From assembly GCA_028534125.1 (NCBI GenBank), contig CM052817.1, positions 101,930,001 through 101,994,000 on the forward strand: DNA of 64,000 nucleotides, given 5' to 3'. Origin of the DNA: Lama glama. Lineage: Eukaryota. Positions 37,760 through 50,010 of the stretch are shown piece by piece (the stretch's first letter is position 1; the number at the start of each line of letters is the position of its first letter). Below the pieces are notes generated by a model that saw only the letters and a program-made list of their open reading frames with translations, was not told the DNA's origin and did not search any database. A program made the position numbers and the translations under genes.

Positions 37760-38420
37760 TCTAATAAAGATGAGGGGATAGGCATACATCTACTTTTATC
37801 ACCTCCTAAAACTCAAATAAAATAACATTAAAAGTATTTGTTCAACATGAAAACACCCAAGGAAGGAAAAACAAAGAGGTGACAACAGCAATAAAACCTA
37901 GGAGGCTGGAAAGCAATTGAATGACTGGTAAAGGATTTAAAGAAAAGTGAAGGATAATGGATAACATGGAAACCCAGGAATCAACACCACCTCTGCTGCA
38001 GAGTTCTCCAGAGAACTTAGGAGCCAACGGCAACTAGCATCTCTGGGAGTGAGGGTGCAATGCATCTGAAATAGGAAGGACCGGTTGGAAGTCTATTTAA
38101 AGAGCAGTTGACACTGAATCCCTTTTCCTACTCCACTCAGCCTGGAGACCTCTCTCCCTTTACCTAACCGTGAACTGGAGGTTCCTAGGGTGAGTAAATT
38201 GGAGGGTATCTGGCACAAATTGAGGATCAAGTGAATGTATGTGTGCTGGATAGCAAGGACTCAGCTCTCTCCTCCAATCAGCTCCCAGAACTCACCGGGC
38301 AGCTGGGCCTTGGCCACCCTGCAAAAATTAGGAAAAGTGTCTTATTGGGAGTCTAACCAGCCCAACATGAAAACTTAAAGATACTGACTTGGGAGGTTCT
38401 CTAAGAAATGACCCAGCCAG
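37760..38420 (+). mobile_element. Possible ancient L1/HAL1 5' region fragment
   Basis: Loose resemblance to old L1 5'UTR sequences, from memory only. Confidence 0.3.
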
Positions 38421-38495
38421 ATTTATTTAGCCAATATTTATTGAAGGCTTATTATGTGCTAGGTACTTTTTTAAGTCCAAAAGATTCATAAGGAA

Positions 38496-38570
<75 letters not shown>

Positions 38571-39070
38571 GAAGGAAGGAAGGAAGGAAGGAAGGAAGGA
38601 AGGAAGGAAGGAAGGAAGGAAGGAAGAAAGAAAGAAAGAAAGAAAGAAAGGAAGGAAGGAAGAAATCCATTCCATCATGGAGCCTACATTTGGGAGGAGT
38701 AAAATATACAAGATAAGAAAAAAGTCACTGAGTAAAATACACAGCATGTTAGATGGTGGTAATTAGCATGGGGAAAAATAAATTAGGCAAAGGGATAGCA
38801 AGTGTCTGGAGAGGAGGGAGGATGCCGAACCTATAAATAAGGTGGACGGAATAGGGCTTGTTGAGAAGGTGATGTAGGCGATGTTTGGGTAAAGGTCTGG
38901 AGGAGCAGAAGGAGTGGTCCAGGAAGCTTACTGGGGGAAGGGCTGCCTGGCAGAGGGAACGGCCAGGGGAGGCTCTGGTGTCTGGCCTGATAGCAAGGGC
39001 CAGGGGTCCAGGTGGCAGGAAAGGAGTGAGTACAAGGTCAAGGAGGCCACAATGAGGTCCAAGTGGCTGA
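38420..39070 (-). mobile_element. L2 3' fragment carrying a microsatellite
   Basis: AATATTTATTGAAGGCTTATTATGTGCTAGGTACT ... CCATCATGGAGCCTACATT ... CCTGGCAGAGGGAACGGCCAG. Confidence 0.75.
38494..38665 (+). repeat. Compound tetranucleotide STR (GAAA)n(GGAA)14(GAAA)n(GGAA)n
   Basis: Perfect tandem units, GGAA block at 38570-38625. Confidence 0.97.
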
Positions 39071-39074
39071 GGGA

Positions 39075-39539
39075 TGTGGTAGGCTGAATATTGGTCCCCA
39101 TTGATGTTCTTATCTCCAGAACTTGTTATGTTACCTGACTCAACAAAAGGATCTTTGCAGATGTGATTAAGCTACGGCTCTTGAGGCGGAGAGATTATCT
39201 TGGGTTATCCAGGTGGACCCAGTGTGATCACAAGGGTGATCACATATTATAAGTGAAACAGAGAGGTTGGAGAGTCAGAGTCAGAGGAGGGGAAGTGAAG
39301 ACGGAAGCAGAGATGACGAGAGGAGTGAGGTCAGGAAGGGGCTGAGAACCAAGAAGCTTCTAGAAGCTGAAAAAGCAAGGAAACAGATTCTCCCTTAGAG
39401 CCTCCAGAAGTAACACAGTCCTGCTGACACCTTGATTTTATGAATTCTGACCTCCACAGCTGTAAAACAATAAATTTGTGTTGTTTTAAGCCACGAAGTT
39501 TCTGGTAATTTGTTACAGAAGCCCCAGGAAACTCATACA
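39075..39539 (+). mobile_element. MLT1D-like MaLR solo LTR, full length
   Basis: Starts TGTGGTAGGCTGAATA, contains TTTGCAGATGTGATTAAG and AATAAATTTGTGTTGTTTTAAGCCAC, ends GGAAACTCATACA. Confidence 0.92.
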
Positions 39540-42149
39540 GGAGGGAAGGGAACAGATCCATGAAGTCTTTTATTTAATAAAGCAGGAACTTTAAAAAAAG
39601 AAGTTGGGCCTTATTTTTAATGCAAGTAGAAAAAAGAAAGTGTTTTTTATGGCCTTGGAGCTGATAATTTAAAAGTAATATTTAACATAAAGCAATCAAA
39701 AGCTCTGGGGTAAGTAATGCTTTCCAATCATCTTCCCTTTAATGCACAAGAATCTGTCCTCCTTGTAAGCATTATCCAGATATGACTGGATAAATTGAAT
39801 AAATACCAATCTGTGTTTATCCTTCCAACGTTTTCCCCTTCTCCCTCATTTCTTAGAGCTGTTCAGGGTGGGCTGCGCTCCTGCACGAGGGGCTTTTACA
39901 GTACTGAGCAGATACCACTAAAGCCCAGGGCTACAGATACTTAGTGAAAGGTTTAACACGTGTAGGGTGGAGGGGGCCTGCAAAGGCTGCTGGGGACATG
40001 AACGTGGGGAGATTTCTGCCAACTGAGACGAGGCAAGGGAGCTGTGGGCCCCTCAGAGCGCCTTCTCCTTGTTAAGACCCCCAGGACTTTTGAGAACAGT
40101 GATTTATAAGATATCAGAAGAGACCAGTGTGTCTTTTCTTTTTACAACCCGGCCAATACTGCTGGCCGTGATTTACACAACTTCCAGGAAACAAATAAAT
40201 AGCTTTTGCATTCTTGGCCTCTTCATGGAGATTATGCTGGATTGTCTCAGCCCTGATAAGAGATGGAGACCAGTACTGGGAGCTGAAGGAAGCAGCCAAT
40301 CTGGAGGTAGAGAGAGAAATGCCTTCCTAGGGACTGCGTAGAGATGGGCATGGGGTGTGGTCCCTGTGGGTGTGCTGTGGAGCCAAAGGATACTGATGCA
40401 GAAATGCATGAAGGTCTCTGGGTCTCTTGGCTCATGGAGTAGAATGTGGGGAGGAATGTCTCAGAAGTCACCTGGAGCAGCAGTGTCTGCCAGACAGAGG
40501 AGGACTCAGCCTCACCAGCTGCCCACTGTAGGGACAGCAGTGAGTTAAGATCTATGCCCTTTGCCCCAATTCCAGGCTCATCATAAGCCCCTGGGAATCT
40601 CATAGCATTTTAGGGAAGAGGGGTTTTAATACCTGCTACGATTCTGTCTCTTTCGGTGGAAGCCATGGGGACCAAACTTTGCTTCCGGGCAACTCTGATA
40701 GTGTATGTTTTAATGAGAGTCTTGCTGGGGAGCTGAATCCCACCCCTGGCTCAGCCACCAGCCAGTGGATGACATTGGTTAGGTCCTTAACCTCTCAGCT
40801 GCCCCTTCTCTGTCAGGGTAGAGACTAAAACACAAGCTTTCGCAGCTCAAAACTTGGAGTCGGGTGGAAGACTTCTGTTGTAGCTCTTCTTTCCCAAGCA
40901 AGCTCGACCTAAAGCAAAACCAAGTCAAACCACCTGATGGCAACACCACCACAAAACGAGGCAAGACAAAGTATCTTTTAAAATTCAGTGTCATCCTAGA
41001 GATCCCACAAAATGCAGGGGGAAAATCTTATAAAGACAGTTTAGAAAAAATAAGAACCTATCCAATAACGTTGTCACCAAGTCATATAAAATTCAGTGAA
41101 TTTTTATTAGTTGTGATGCTCCAAAATTACCCAAAGTGGCTGTGAAGACCAAGTGAACTATTCTAAAGGACCCTCTCTTGAGTCGGGTGTGGAAAAAACA
41201 TCTTTCAAGTGGCACAATCCAAATTTCATAGCCTGGGAAAGCAATTGGCCTGGAGTCGAGAATGTGATCCTCTTTGCAGAGCCTCAGCTTTTGGCTTCTA
41301 GACTTATATCGTTGTCAGTGCCGTCAGTCATCGCTGCAAACTGCCTGGAGACAGTGGTTTCACACGGCAAGCTGGAACTTCTAGCACATGGAAGCCTGGT
41401 GCTTGGGGTGTTAGCCAAAGCTGCGGAATTCCAGGGTTGCTGCCAAGAGATTCGAAGGTTATGTTAAGAGTTTCAAAAATCTAGAGCTGTGTGGGTGTTA
41501 TGCGAAGCACTGTGAAGAAAGATGCCTTTTAATATTTTTTCGCCAAAGGTTGATGCTAAAACCATGTCTATGTTGGGGTCTGAATTCCCTTTTTCAAAGT
41601 TGATTCCTTTAGGCTCTAACAAGGAATTAACGAGGGTCACCATTACCTGAGTTGCCACACTTTGATGTTGACCTCTTGGTGCAGACCTCGGACTGTCTGG
41701 TGCTTTTCCCCTGCCTCCTAGTTGGGACTGCCTTTCTAGTTTTGCTGCCTCCAGGTGGCTGCTTCCTGGTCACCTCTGTGGGAGCTCTGGGACCCACACG
41801 CTGCTCAGTTCCATATCCCAGGCAGAACTTTGACTGCACCCAGTGAAGACCTCACCAGGATGCAAGTCCTTGGTATTTTAGTGGTGCTGTTTTGTTATAG
41901 GGTGCAGCTTCCTTGGATCTGGGTTTTGGGGAAGCTGGGATGCTCTGCAAAAGAGAAAAGCCTCATTGCCCTGGGATCTGGGAAGAGGGCAGTTGCTGGA
42001 CTGTGGGGCAGCTCATTCTCCATGACTACTCGTTCAGATAAGAAATCCTATCTTCACTTCAGTTGCAGACTCCTGGATTACTCTCTTTTATTTATTCATT
42101 GATTCTGTGTATTCACTTCATTAGCTTAGGACTTCAGTCATTGGGATAA

Positions 42150-42305
42150 ACATTTTTATTTTTTTAACACCTTTACATGGTATGGTTTCTGTACAGTAAA
42201 CTACACATACTTCAGATGTACAACTTGATGAATTTTGATAGATGTATACACCAATGAAACCACCTCCACAATCAAGATAGCTCACATTTCCATCACTGCC
42301 CAAGA
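42150..42305 (-). mobile_element. Older L1MB-like 3' terminus
   Basis: TGTACAACTTGATGAATTTTGA..TGTATACACC..GAAACCACCTCCACAATCAAGATA..CATTTCCATCAC. Confidence 0.75.
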
Positions 42306-42309
42306 GGTA

Positions 42310-43160
42310 TAATTTTTGAACTCCCAATTTATCCCTTCCCACCTCCTTTACCCTCTGGTAACCATAATTTTGTTCTCTATGTCTGCAAGTCTGTTTCTGT
42401 TTTATAGATAAGTTCATTTGTGTTCTCTCTCTCTCTTTTTTTTTTTAATTCCACACATAAACAATACCATAGGTTATTTTTTTTCTGGCTTCACTTAGAA
42501 TGACATCCTCCAGGTCCATCCATGTTGCTGCAAATGGCATTATTTTATTCTTTTTTATGACTGAGTAGTACTTTATTGAATGTATGTATGCGTATATACA
42601 CTTGGGTTGTTTCCATGTCTTGGCTATTGTAAATAGTGCTGCTATGAACATTGGGGTACAGGTGTCTTTTTGAATTACATTTTTCTTTGGATATATGCCC
42701 AGGAGTAGAATTGCTGTATCATATGGTAAGTTTATTTTTAGCTTTTTAAGGAATGCTCATCCTGTCCTCCACAGTGGCTACACTAATTTACATTCCCACC
42801 AACAGTGTAGGAAGTTTCCTTTTTCTCCACATCCTCTCCAACATTAATCATTTGTGGCCTTTTTAATGATGGCCATTCTGACTGGTGTGAGGTGACACTG
42901 CATTGTAATATTGATTTGCATTTCTCTAACAACTAGTGACATCGAGCATCTTTTCATGTGTCTGTTGGCCATCTGGATGTCTTCTTTGGAAAGATATCTA
43001 TTTAGGTCTTCTGTGCATTTTTTGACTGAATTGCTTTTTTTTTTCTTCTGATATTCAGCTGTTTGAGCTGTTTGAATATTTTGGAAGTTAGTCCCTTGTT
43101 GGTCGCATCATTTGCAAATATTTTCTCCCACTCTGTAGTTTGTCTTTTCATTTTGTTGAT
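42310..43160 (-). mobile_element. Younger L1 fragment (ORF2 C-terminus and part of the 3'UTR) with an internal deletion
   Basis: Minus translation MFIAALFTIAKTWKQPKC ... IKKNKIMPFAATWMDLE is L1 ORF2. Confidence 0.95.
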
Positions 43161-43309
43161 GGGATAAATATTTTAGTGCAACGTGTAAAAAGAAATTAAT
43201 GCCAGCTCTCCGTGATAAACAAAATATCAAACTTTTCAATAAAGACGGGACTATTCTGCCCCTTGTCTCTGGCTCCGTTAGGCCTGGCTCCTCTGCGTAA
43301 CTGGTCCTC

Positions 43310-43728
43310 TCTGTGTGATGCTTCTTACATCACTTCTGCCACATGTGTGCTTCTTTCCCCAACATTGTATTCTTGTCATCATTTCCACACCAGTCAATAA
43401 ACTCTCCAACCCCACTGAGGGTCCAACAGTTTAATTCACTTCTGACACTAACTCCTGGAGTTAGGCAGACCCCATGGGTTAAGGGCTCAGGCCCACAAGT
43501 CTGCCCCCCACTTGAGATGTCAGCTGCTGGTGGGGCACTCAGGTTCACCTCACTTCTGCCTGCTGACCACCAGGCTCACCTTATGAAGATAAAACTCAGG
43601 TGTGGTTGAAAGGGGCATGTTAGGAATGACAAAGGATGCTTTTGACAGGCAGGAAATTCCAAGGGCTTTAGGGGTTCTTTGCCAGGAATCAGAGACAAAG
43701 ACCAGTAGGCATGTCTTATTATACTACA
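43310..43728 (-). mobile_element. MER21-like LTR, internally deleted
   Basis: Minus strand starts TGTAGTATAATAAG. Plus strand shows TTCTGACACTAACTCCTGGAGTTAGGCAGACCCCATGGGTTAAGGGCTCAG and GGAAATTCCAAGGGCTTTAGG. Confidence 0.75.
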
Positions 43729-43729
43729 C

Positions 43730-43892
43730 TGTCTTTACTCAAAATTCTGATTTTTTTTCATGATGGATTTTTCCATCAATGTTGATTTTTTAAAATATTC
43801 CATTAGAATATTTATTTGACTGCTGAGTTCTTTGACACCCCCTTAAATCTGGCATCTGAAATAAGTACCTTATTCACCTCACCCTAAGGGCT
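43730..43892. mobile_element. Possible hAT-Tip100 (MER45/MER91-like) DNA transposon end
   Basis: CACCCCCTTAAAT...TTCACCTCACCCTAAGG resembles the terminus of these MITEs. Confidence 0.35.
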
Positions 43893-44492
43893 CTGCTTCT
43901 CAGCCTCCCATTTCTGGGCCTCTGACAGAAGTAGGGATGGCAAGGCCCTTAATATAAATTGTACACATGTCAAATAATTTGGTGCCCACTATAGAGATCA
44001 CTTAATGTTCCACGTACGAATCTGTGCAAATCAGTAGAATCAATGAACAACATCTAATAGTTGGGATTACTGAGCAGAACACTTAGGGTCAAAGTGCCAG
44101 CTAATTTATGCTCACAGGCTGGGGAGCTCTGGGGTACCAGTCACACTAGGAAGTGATTTCCAGCCTCACTTCAACTTGGAATCTTCGGATGAAATGGTCT
44201 CTCTGCTCCTCAATTTCTTTCCACAGATAATTGAAAATTTGGGGTAAGCCGTTTCTAATTCTCAGTTGTTATTTTTTTTTTACAACTCTCAATATTTACA
44301 ACTGGATTTTGTTTTTCCCAAAGAAGCTGTATCTACACAGTGATTTTTCTAAAAACTAGCTTTTAGAAATGTACATCGCCATTTGAAATGATGGCAAATT
44401 TAGCAAATTAAAAAATGACAAAGGAGACAGAAAAAATTGTGAATTATTCTACTTCCCAGAGATAATTGCTTTTGATATTTTGGTGTATTGAT

Positions 44493-44519
44493 TGTGTGTG
44501 TGTGTGTGTGTGTGTGTGT
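44493..44519 (+). repeat. (TG)n microsatellite
   Basis: Visible directly. Confidence 0.95.
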
Positions 44520-44689
44520 TTGGACTGAAAACACCAAAATATAAAGAGCAGTTATCCCTGAGAAGTGGAATAATGAACACACACACACACACAGAGTCTA
44601 CTAAATACATACTGATTTTGGAGACCTTTATAGATTTAATGGAGGAGTGGTGGCTGGAAAGTTGGTAATGAAAGAAATCTTCATTCCTT

Positions 44690-44880
44690 CAGGGCCTACG
44701 CTGGGCAAACTCTGTGTCAAAGTTTAATCTTCACAACAATTTTATCTCCATTTTATGCATGGGAAATCCGGGATTCAGGAAGGTTGAGTCACACACAAGT
44801 GAATCAGTAACCAAGGCCAGTGAGAGGCAGGGTCCATCTGCAGGAAGAGCCCTGACTGTCTCTAGCCTGCCCTACTATTT
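44690..44880 (-). mobile_element. MIR SINE
   Basis: TTTAATCTTCACAACAA..ATCTCCATTTTATGCATGGGAAA..TTCAGGAAGGTTGAGT. Confidence 0.6.
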
Positions 44881-47804
44881 CCACTTTTTGCCCTACTCAT
44901 TGCAAAAGGAGTCTGGAAATTAAAGCCTCCCTCCATGTGTGAGTAAGTACATTTTTACTAAAATTAAATGCAGTGTGGCACTCGGAGAGGTCAAACTTAA
45001 AGTCTATGTGACATTCAAAAGGGTTGTTTTTCTCCTCTATTTCTAGAGACTGTCTCTTCCTGGGCCGATTTTAATTCAGGTTTTGGCAAAAATGGCTTCA
45101 TGGAATTTTTTTCTGACTAGAAGGGAAGGCAGTTTATTTTATTACATTTGGAAAGCACATACCTAATTTAAATACTGGTTGGCAGAGATGAAGCAGAATT
45201 TTCTTTTCTGCTTTAGAGCTATAATTCAAAATATGTTGCTGAAAGCAGGGCTAAAACTAGCACTTGGTAGAGTGTCTAGCATTCGGGTACCACGCAGGTT
45301 CGTGGCTGGGGTTTGAGTCCTGGGCGATGAGGTCGTATCTCACAGCTGCCTTCTAGAAGGAGAAGGGGGCAGGCAGGAATGAGCTATTAGCTGGCAGAAA
45401 CTCACGGCAACTGACCTGCAAGACACTTGCGTGCTTGGGTTAACTCTCTCACTTAAAGAGAATCTAGATGTAGAAAAAGACAACATTCCGTAGACCAAAC
45501 CGAAATATTTGAGCCTACAATGGACATTTTGTAAAAAGTTCTTACCATTCCCCAATTTCGAAAAGACAGAAGGCTGAGGAGCGATGCGGAGAAGGGCAGG
45601 ATCAGATGCAGGGGTGAGTTTTTGGTCCTTGCTGTGCTGGGCTCTGAATTAGCCTTTTCCTTCCCATGTCTTGTGTTTCCCATTCATAAGATCCCAGATA
45701 GAAAACCTTCTGCCACCTTCTCAATGCTCACCCTCGCTGCGATGTTTTGAGAAGTTAATATCTGCCCGTAGATCCATATAGTGAATTCCTAGAAAGAATA
45801 TTGCCTAAAAATCTCTGGAATGACGCTCTGCGTTCCCCCCTCCCCCCATTGCTAGGACAAGACGACCCATATGGGAACTTGGAGAAAGGATGCCTCTCCC
45901 TCCTGCCCGCTTCAGAGTCTCTGATTAAATTGCAATGTATTCTACAGATGGGCGAGTCAGGCTGCTTATAACTTAATCTACTTAGCTGTAAATAGTCTTG
46001 CCCATGTCCCAATTTCTTCATCTGCAAATTGGAGCTAATATTTACGTTGCAGCTCAAAGGGATTTAGTCAGGCCTCATGAGATCAGCGGGGCCGCGGGTT
46101 TGGAGCTTGGTGGGTGGAAGGCATTATATAAATATGCCGTCATTTTCATTAGGGTTATTTTCATCATAATTTTATGCTACAACACAGCTGTGGCAACATG
46201 TGTTTTAAAGATTTAAATAAACATTCCAAAATTTGTGAAACCTGATGCACTTTTGCCCAATTTGGCTAAATTGGCCATCATTTTGAAAATTCTGAAGGCA
46301 AGGCTTTCAATTCACAAAGCCTCTCCCTGTGGCATGGCTGACGCACCGACAAGCATCATTTTCTTTTGTAAGCGCTTTAAAAGCACGGCCAAATTGTCCA
46401 ACATATTAGCCTGGCAGCTCAAAGGCAGGGTTCCCTCATAGGAACTGGGTAAGAGGAGACTCAATCACAAAATATAAAACGTGGGGCCACCTCAAAACCC
46501 ACCCACCCCTAATACAAAAGCTTGATTTCTGGCTCTAGAACAAATAGAAGAGGCTTAAGTAGTTTTTTGGTTTGTGGGTTTAACATGGAGATCAAATCAC
46601 AGCCATGTCTTTAGTAACTCAGAATATTGACTGTGGGCCACTGACATCCTGAGCTACGATAATAACTATCTGCTTCACCTTTCTCCAGGATTAAGCATGT
46701 GCTGACCCAGCCACACAATTTCGATGACCCAAAACACTGAATCAGTGGTGCCCTGAGCGTGTTTCCTGGAGCTAGCCCTAGACAGGATTGCACCAGCAGA
46801 AAGCACTCAAATCTTCTTTGGCCCTTTCCCCAAAGACTGATGGTCTTCAAGGGCTCTGAGTGGAAGGACCACAATTCCCAAGTTGCTTTTGCTGCGATGC
46901 AGATAAGTAATCAGATAAATAAGAGCCAATCCAAAGACTGTACATTGTGGCCTTTTCCAACATGCCCACAGCTGCATATACTCAGTGTCAAGGCGGTGAT
47001 TAATCACATTCACAATCTCCTGTTGACTTTTTATTTATCTTTATACAAATGCATCCTGATGCTCAAATAGATTACATACCCGGTGGGTGATGGCCTGTGT
47101 TGGTTTTGTAACATTCCAGGCTATCTCCAGTTGCCTGAGTTAGACATTTTAGACATGTTTTTATTTGACTTATGAAAAGAATAAATACATACCCAAGAGT
47201 GCTTTGAGGAAGGAGAGTTTTTTTTAAAGCCAAATATGAATAGTTTGGGAGAATCTGGATAAACTGATGGTAGTGATGGCCAGATTTAGAGCTTTATGTT
47301 AATTGAAGCTTCAGGGGTGCTCTGGGGGGATGGAGACCCCGAAAAGTCATGCTCAGGAAGGTGAGAGTGAAACATTCTTTTCTGGAGACAAAAGAAAGAT
47401 GTTTTGCTTTTCTCTCTGATGCTAATACTGTCTGTTAAGCCAAAGAATCTCAAACCTTATGAAAACATTACCTTGGGGATAAGCTTATTTTAAAGCAGCC
47501 TTCTTCAAGCAAACTGTTCACACAAATACACACACGCACACATTCAGTCCCATTCTATGGATTGAAAGTACAGCCAAGAGATGGTCCTGTTTACCAGATG
47601 TGCTAGATGAATCTGCTGGTGGTGGTCTCTAGGACCACAACTTGGGAACACCAGCTTTCAATGACTTCTTTCCTGAACCAGTTCAGGAGAGTTGCAGGAA
47701 ATCACTGATTTCCAAGAAGACACAGCTGCACTGTTCTTCGAGGGGCACCCTCTGCACTGCTCCCTGACTGAGAAAGGAGTCCCGGAGGCAAGAATATGAA
47801 AGTT

Positions 47805-47890
47805 GGGGAGGAGAGGGTACAGCTCAGTGGTAGAGCGCGTGCTTAGCATGCATGAGGTCCTGGGTTCAACCCCTGGTACCGCCATGAAAA

Positions 47891-47921
<31 letters not shown>

Positions 47922-47994
47922 AACCTAATTACCCCCCCCAAATAATTTAAAAATAAATAAAATTTTAAAAAATAAATTTAAAAAAGCTTAAAAA
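47805..47994 (+). mobile_element. tRNA-Ala(AGC)-derived camelid-type SINE (Vic-1-like) with (TAAA)n tail and TSD
   Basis: tRNA-like head at 47813-47884, AT-rich tail, TSD AAGAATATGAAAGTT (47790-47804) / AAGAATACGAAATTT (47995-48009). Confidence 0.93.
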
Positions 47995-48128
47995 AAGAAT
48001 ACGAAATTTATCCCTAGGGAATTCATAGGAATAGCTGGCAGAGAGGTGAGGCAGTTGTCCAGGAAGGGCGAAGTGGGGGAATGTGATTCTGTGATTCTGG
48101 CCTTTGTGTGGTGTGAACACATTGGCAC

Positions 48129-48480
48129 TGCGGTAGGAAGAATATCAGCCCCAGAGCTGTCCACATCCTAATCCCAGAGCCTGTGACTGTGTTACCTTAC
48201 ATGGTAAAAGGGATTCTGTGGACGTGATTAAGTTAAAGATCTTGAGTTGAGCTTTTTGTTAATTGAAGCTTCTGGGTGTTTCCAGTGTAGTTGCGGGGGT
48301 CTTTATAAGAGGGAAGCAGGCAGGTCAGAGGAAAGATAAGAGACCAGGTGATGAAGGAAGCAGAGAGCGATTGGAAGATGCTAAACGTCTGGACTTGGAG
48401 AAGATGAGGCCACGAGCCTAGGAATGCAGACCGCCTCTAGACAATAAGAAGACGCAAGGAAATCGAGAGGGCTCTCTGAA
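48129..48480 (+). mobile_element. MLT1D-like MaLR LTR, 3'-truncated
   Basis: TGCGGTAGGAAGAATA..GTCCACATCCTAATCCC..TGTTACCTTACATGGTAAAAGGGA..GTGATTAAGTTAAAGATCTTGAG. Confidence 0.85.
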
Positions 48481-49646
48481 GACGTGTTCACTGTACACAA
48501 AACCAGTAAATGAGCCAACGTCTGATTCTCTGCCCTCGGAGCTGTAGCTGCACCTCTGCCCTGGGCTGCTGGGCACCAGCCCTGTGCTCTAAGGCATCCT
48601 GAGTCCTCCCGCAGATGTGCGGTTTAGACATCAATTGAGATGCTCAGGGTAGTAACGCCTACCTCACAAGGTGGAGGCTCGGGAAGAAGATACTGTGCCC
48701 AGAAACACTTTTTAAACTATAAAGTAATCCTTATCATTATGATGATTCCAGGTCATCGATTCAGAATGATGAGTTGAATGAATAAGTAATTGGAAATTAG
48801 GAGGATCGCTCTGCCATTACAAACCTGGGTGTGGGTCACTGGGCTTTCAAGCCACCTTTCCGTGAATTAGGACATTGCTTATGCCCCTGCCGTGCTCAGC
48901 TTCTTCCTCTGGACATTCAAGGGGGAGGGAGCGACAGAATGGAAACCTTGGACATTTCAAAATGAGCTGGAGGAAGTCAGAGGAAAAAAACTCTCAAAAC
49001 CGACAAAATCCTTTAAGTCCATAAATCACAAACTGAAGCCACCGCTGGTATTAACAAACCTAAATCAAAACTTCATTAACGCCGTTGTGACACAGCTGAT
49101 AAAATAACTTCTGGTGAGTATATTCTAATAGCAGAAAGTCAATCATATTGATCGCATTTCCTTCTTCTATCTCTTCCTGTAGGTAATATATTTAGAGACT
49201 CATTAAAATAGGCATTCTTTTGTTCACTTGGTACCAAGACAATATTCTACATATCTGAGCATTTGATTAGTGGTATGTTTCAAGTGTCAGTGCTGCCTGT
49301 CTGTTAATAAAGAACTTGGAATTTGAATTCTAGAGGTGCTGATGTGGCCTTGACCAGCTCCTTTATGACGTCCAGTCTTCACAGCTGCCAAGGAGAGGCA
49401 GGGTCTCAGGTCTCTGACTTGGAAGTTAGCAATGTCAGTGGAGTACATAGTGCTGTCACAGTCAAATCACCGGATGTCACCATGTTCAGACAGGGCCCAG
49501 GAAGATTGGCCACAGGCTCTGCTCTTCAGTGGTGACAATGGAGCTAAAAAAAGTCCTACAGATTTTCATTGCAATAGCAGGACAAAATAAAAGCCCTTGG
49601 GTCCAGTCTGAGCCTCCATGTAAAATCTTAAAGTATGTGAACTTTA

Positions 49647-50010
49647 TATGCGGAATCTAAAAAAAAAGAAAGAAAGAAAAAGAAGACACTAATGAACTCA
49701 TCTACAAAATAGAAACAGATTTGCAGACATAGTAAACGATCTTATGGTTACCAGGGGAAAAGGGGGTGTGAGGGGATAAATTTGGGAGCTTGAGATTGGC
49801 CAATATTAGCCACTATATATTAAAAATACATAAAAAACAAATTTCTTCTGTATAGCACAGGGAACTATAGTCAATATTTTGTAATACCCTTTAATGAAAA
49901 AGAATGTGAAAATGAATATATATATATCTATGCACGACTGGGACATTACGCTTTACACCAGAAATTGACACACTGTAACTGACTGTGTACTTCAATTTAA
50001 AAAAAGAATA
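49647..50010 (+). mobile_element. 5'-truncated L1 3'UTR with a 17-bp TSD
   Basis: L1 3'UTR motifs (TGTATAGCACAGGGAACTATA), A-tail, TSD AAAGTATGTGAACTTTA (49630-49646) / AAAGCATGTGAACTTTA (50011-50027). Confidence 0.95.

Noticed and set aside
39772..39793. Inverted repeat TTATCCAG-N6-CTGGATAA
   Set aside because: An 8-bp stem is expected by chance in 64 kb, and there is no supporting context
47813..47884. Apparent tRNA-Ala(AGC) gene (also 59509-59580)
   Set aside because: Acceptor-stem mismatches, A-rich tails and TSDs mark them as SINE heads
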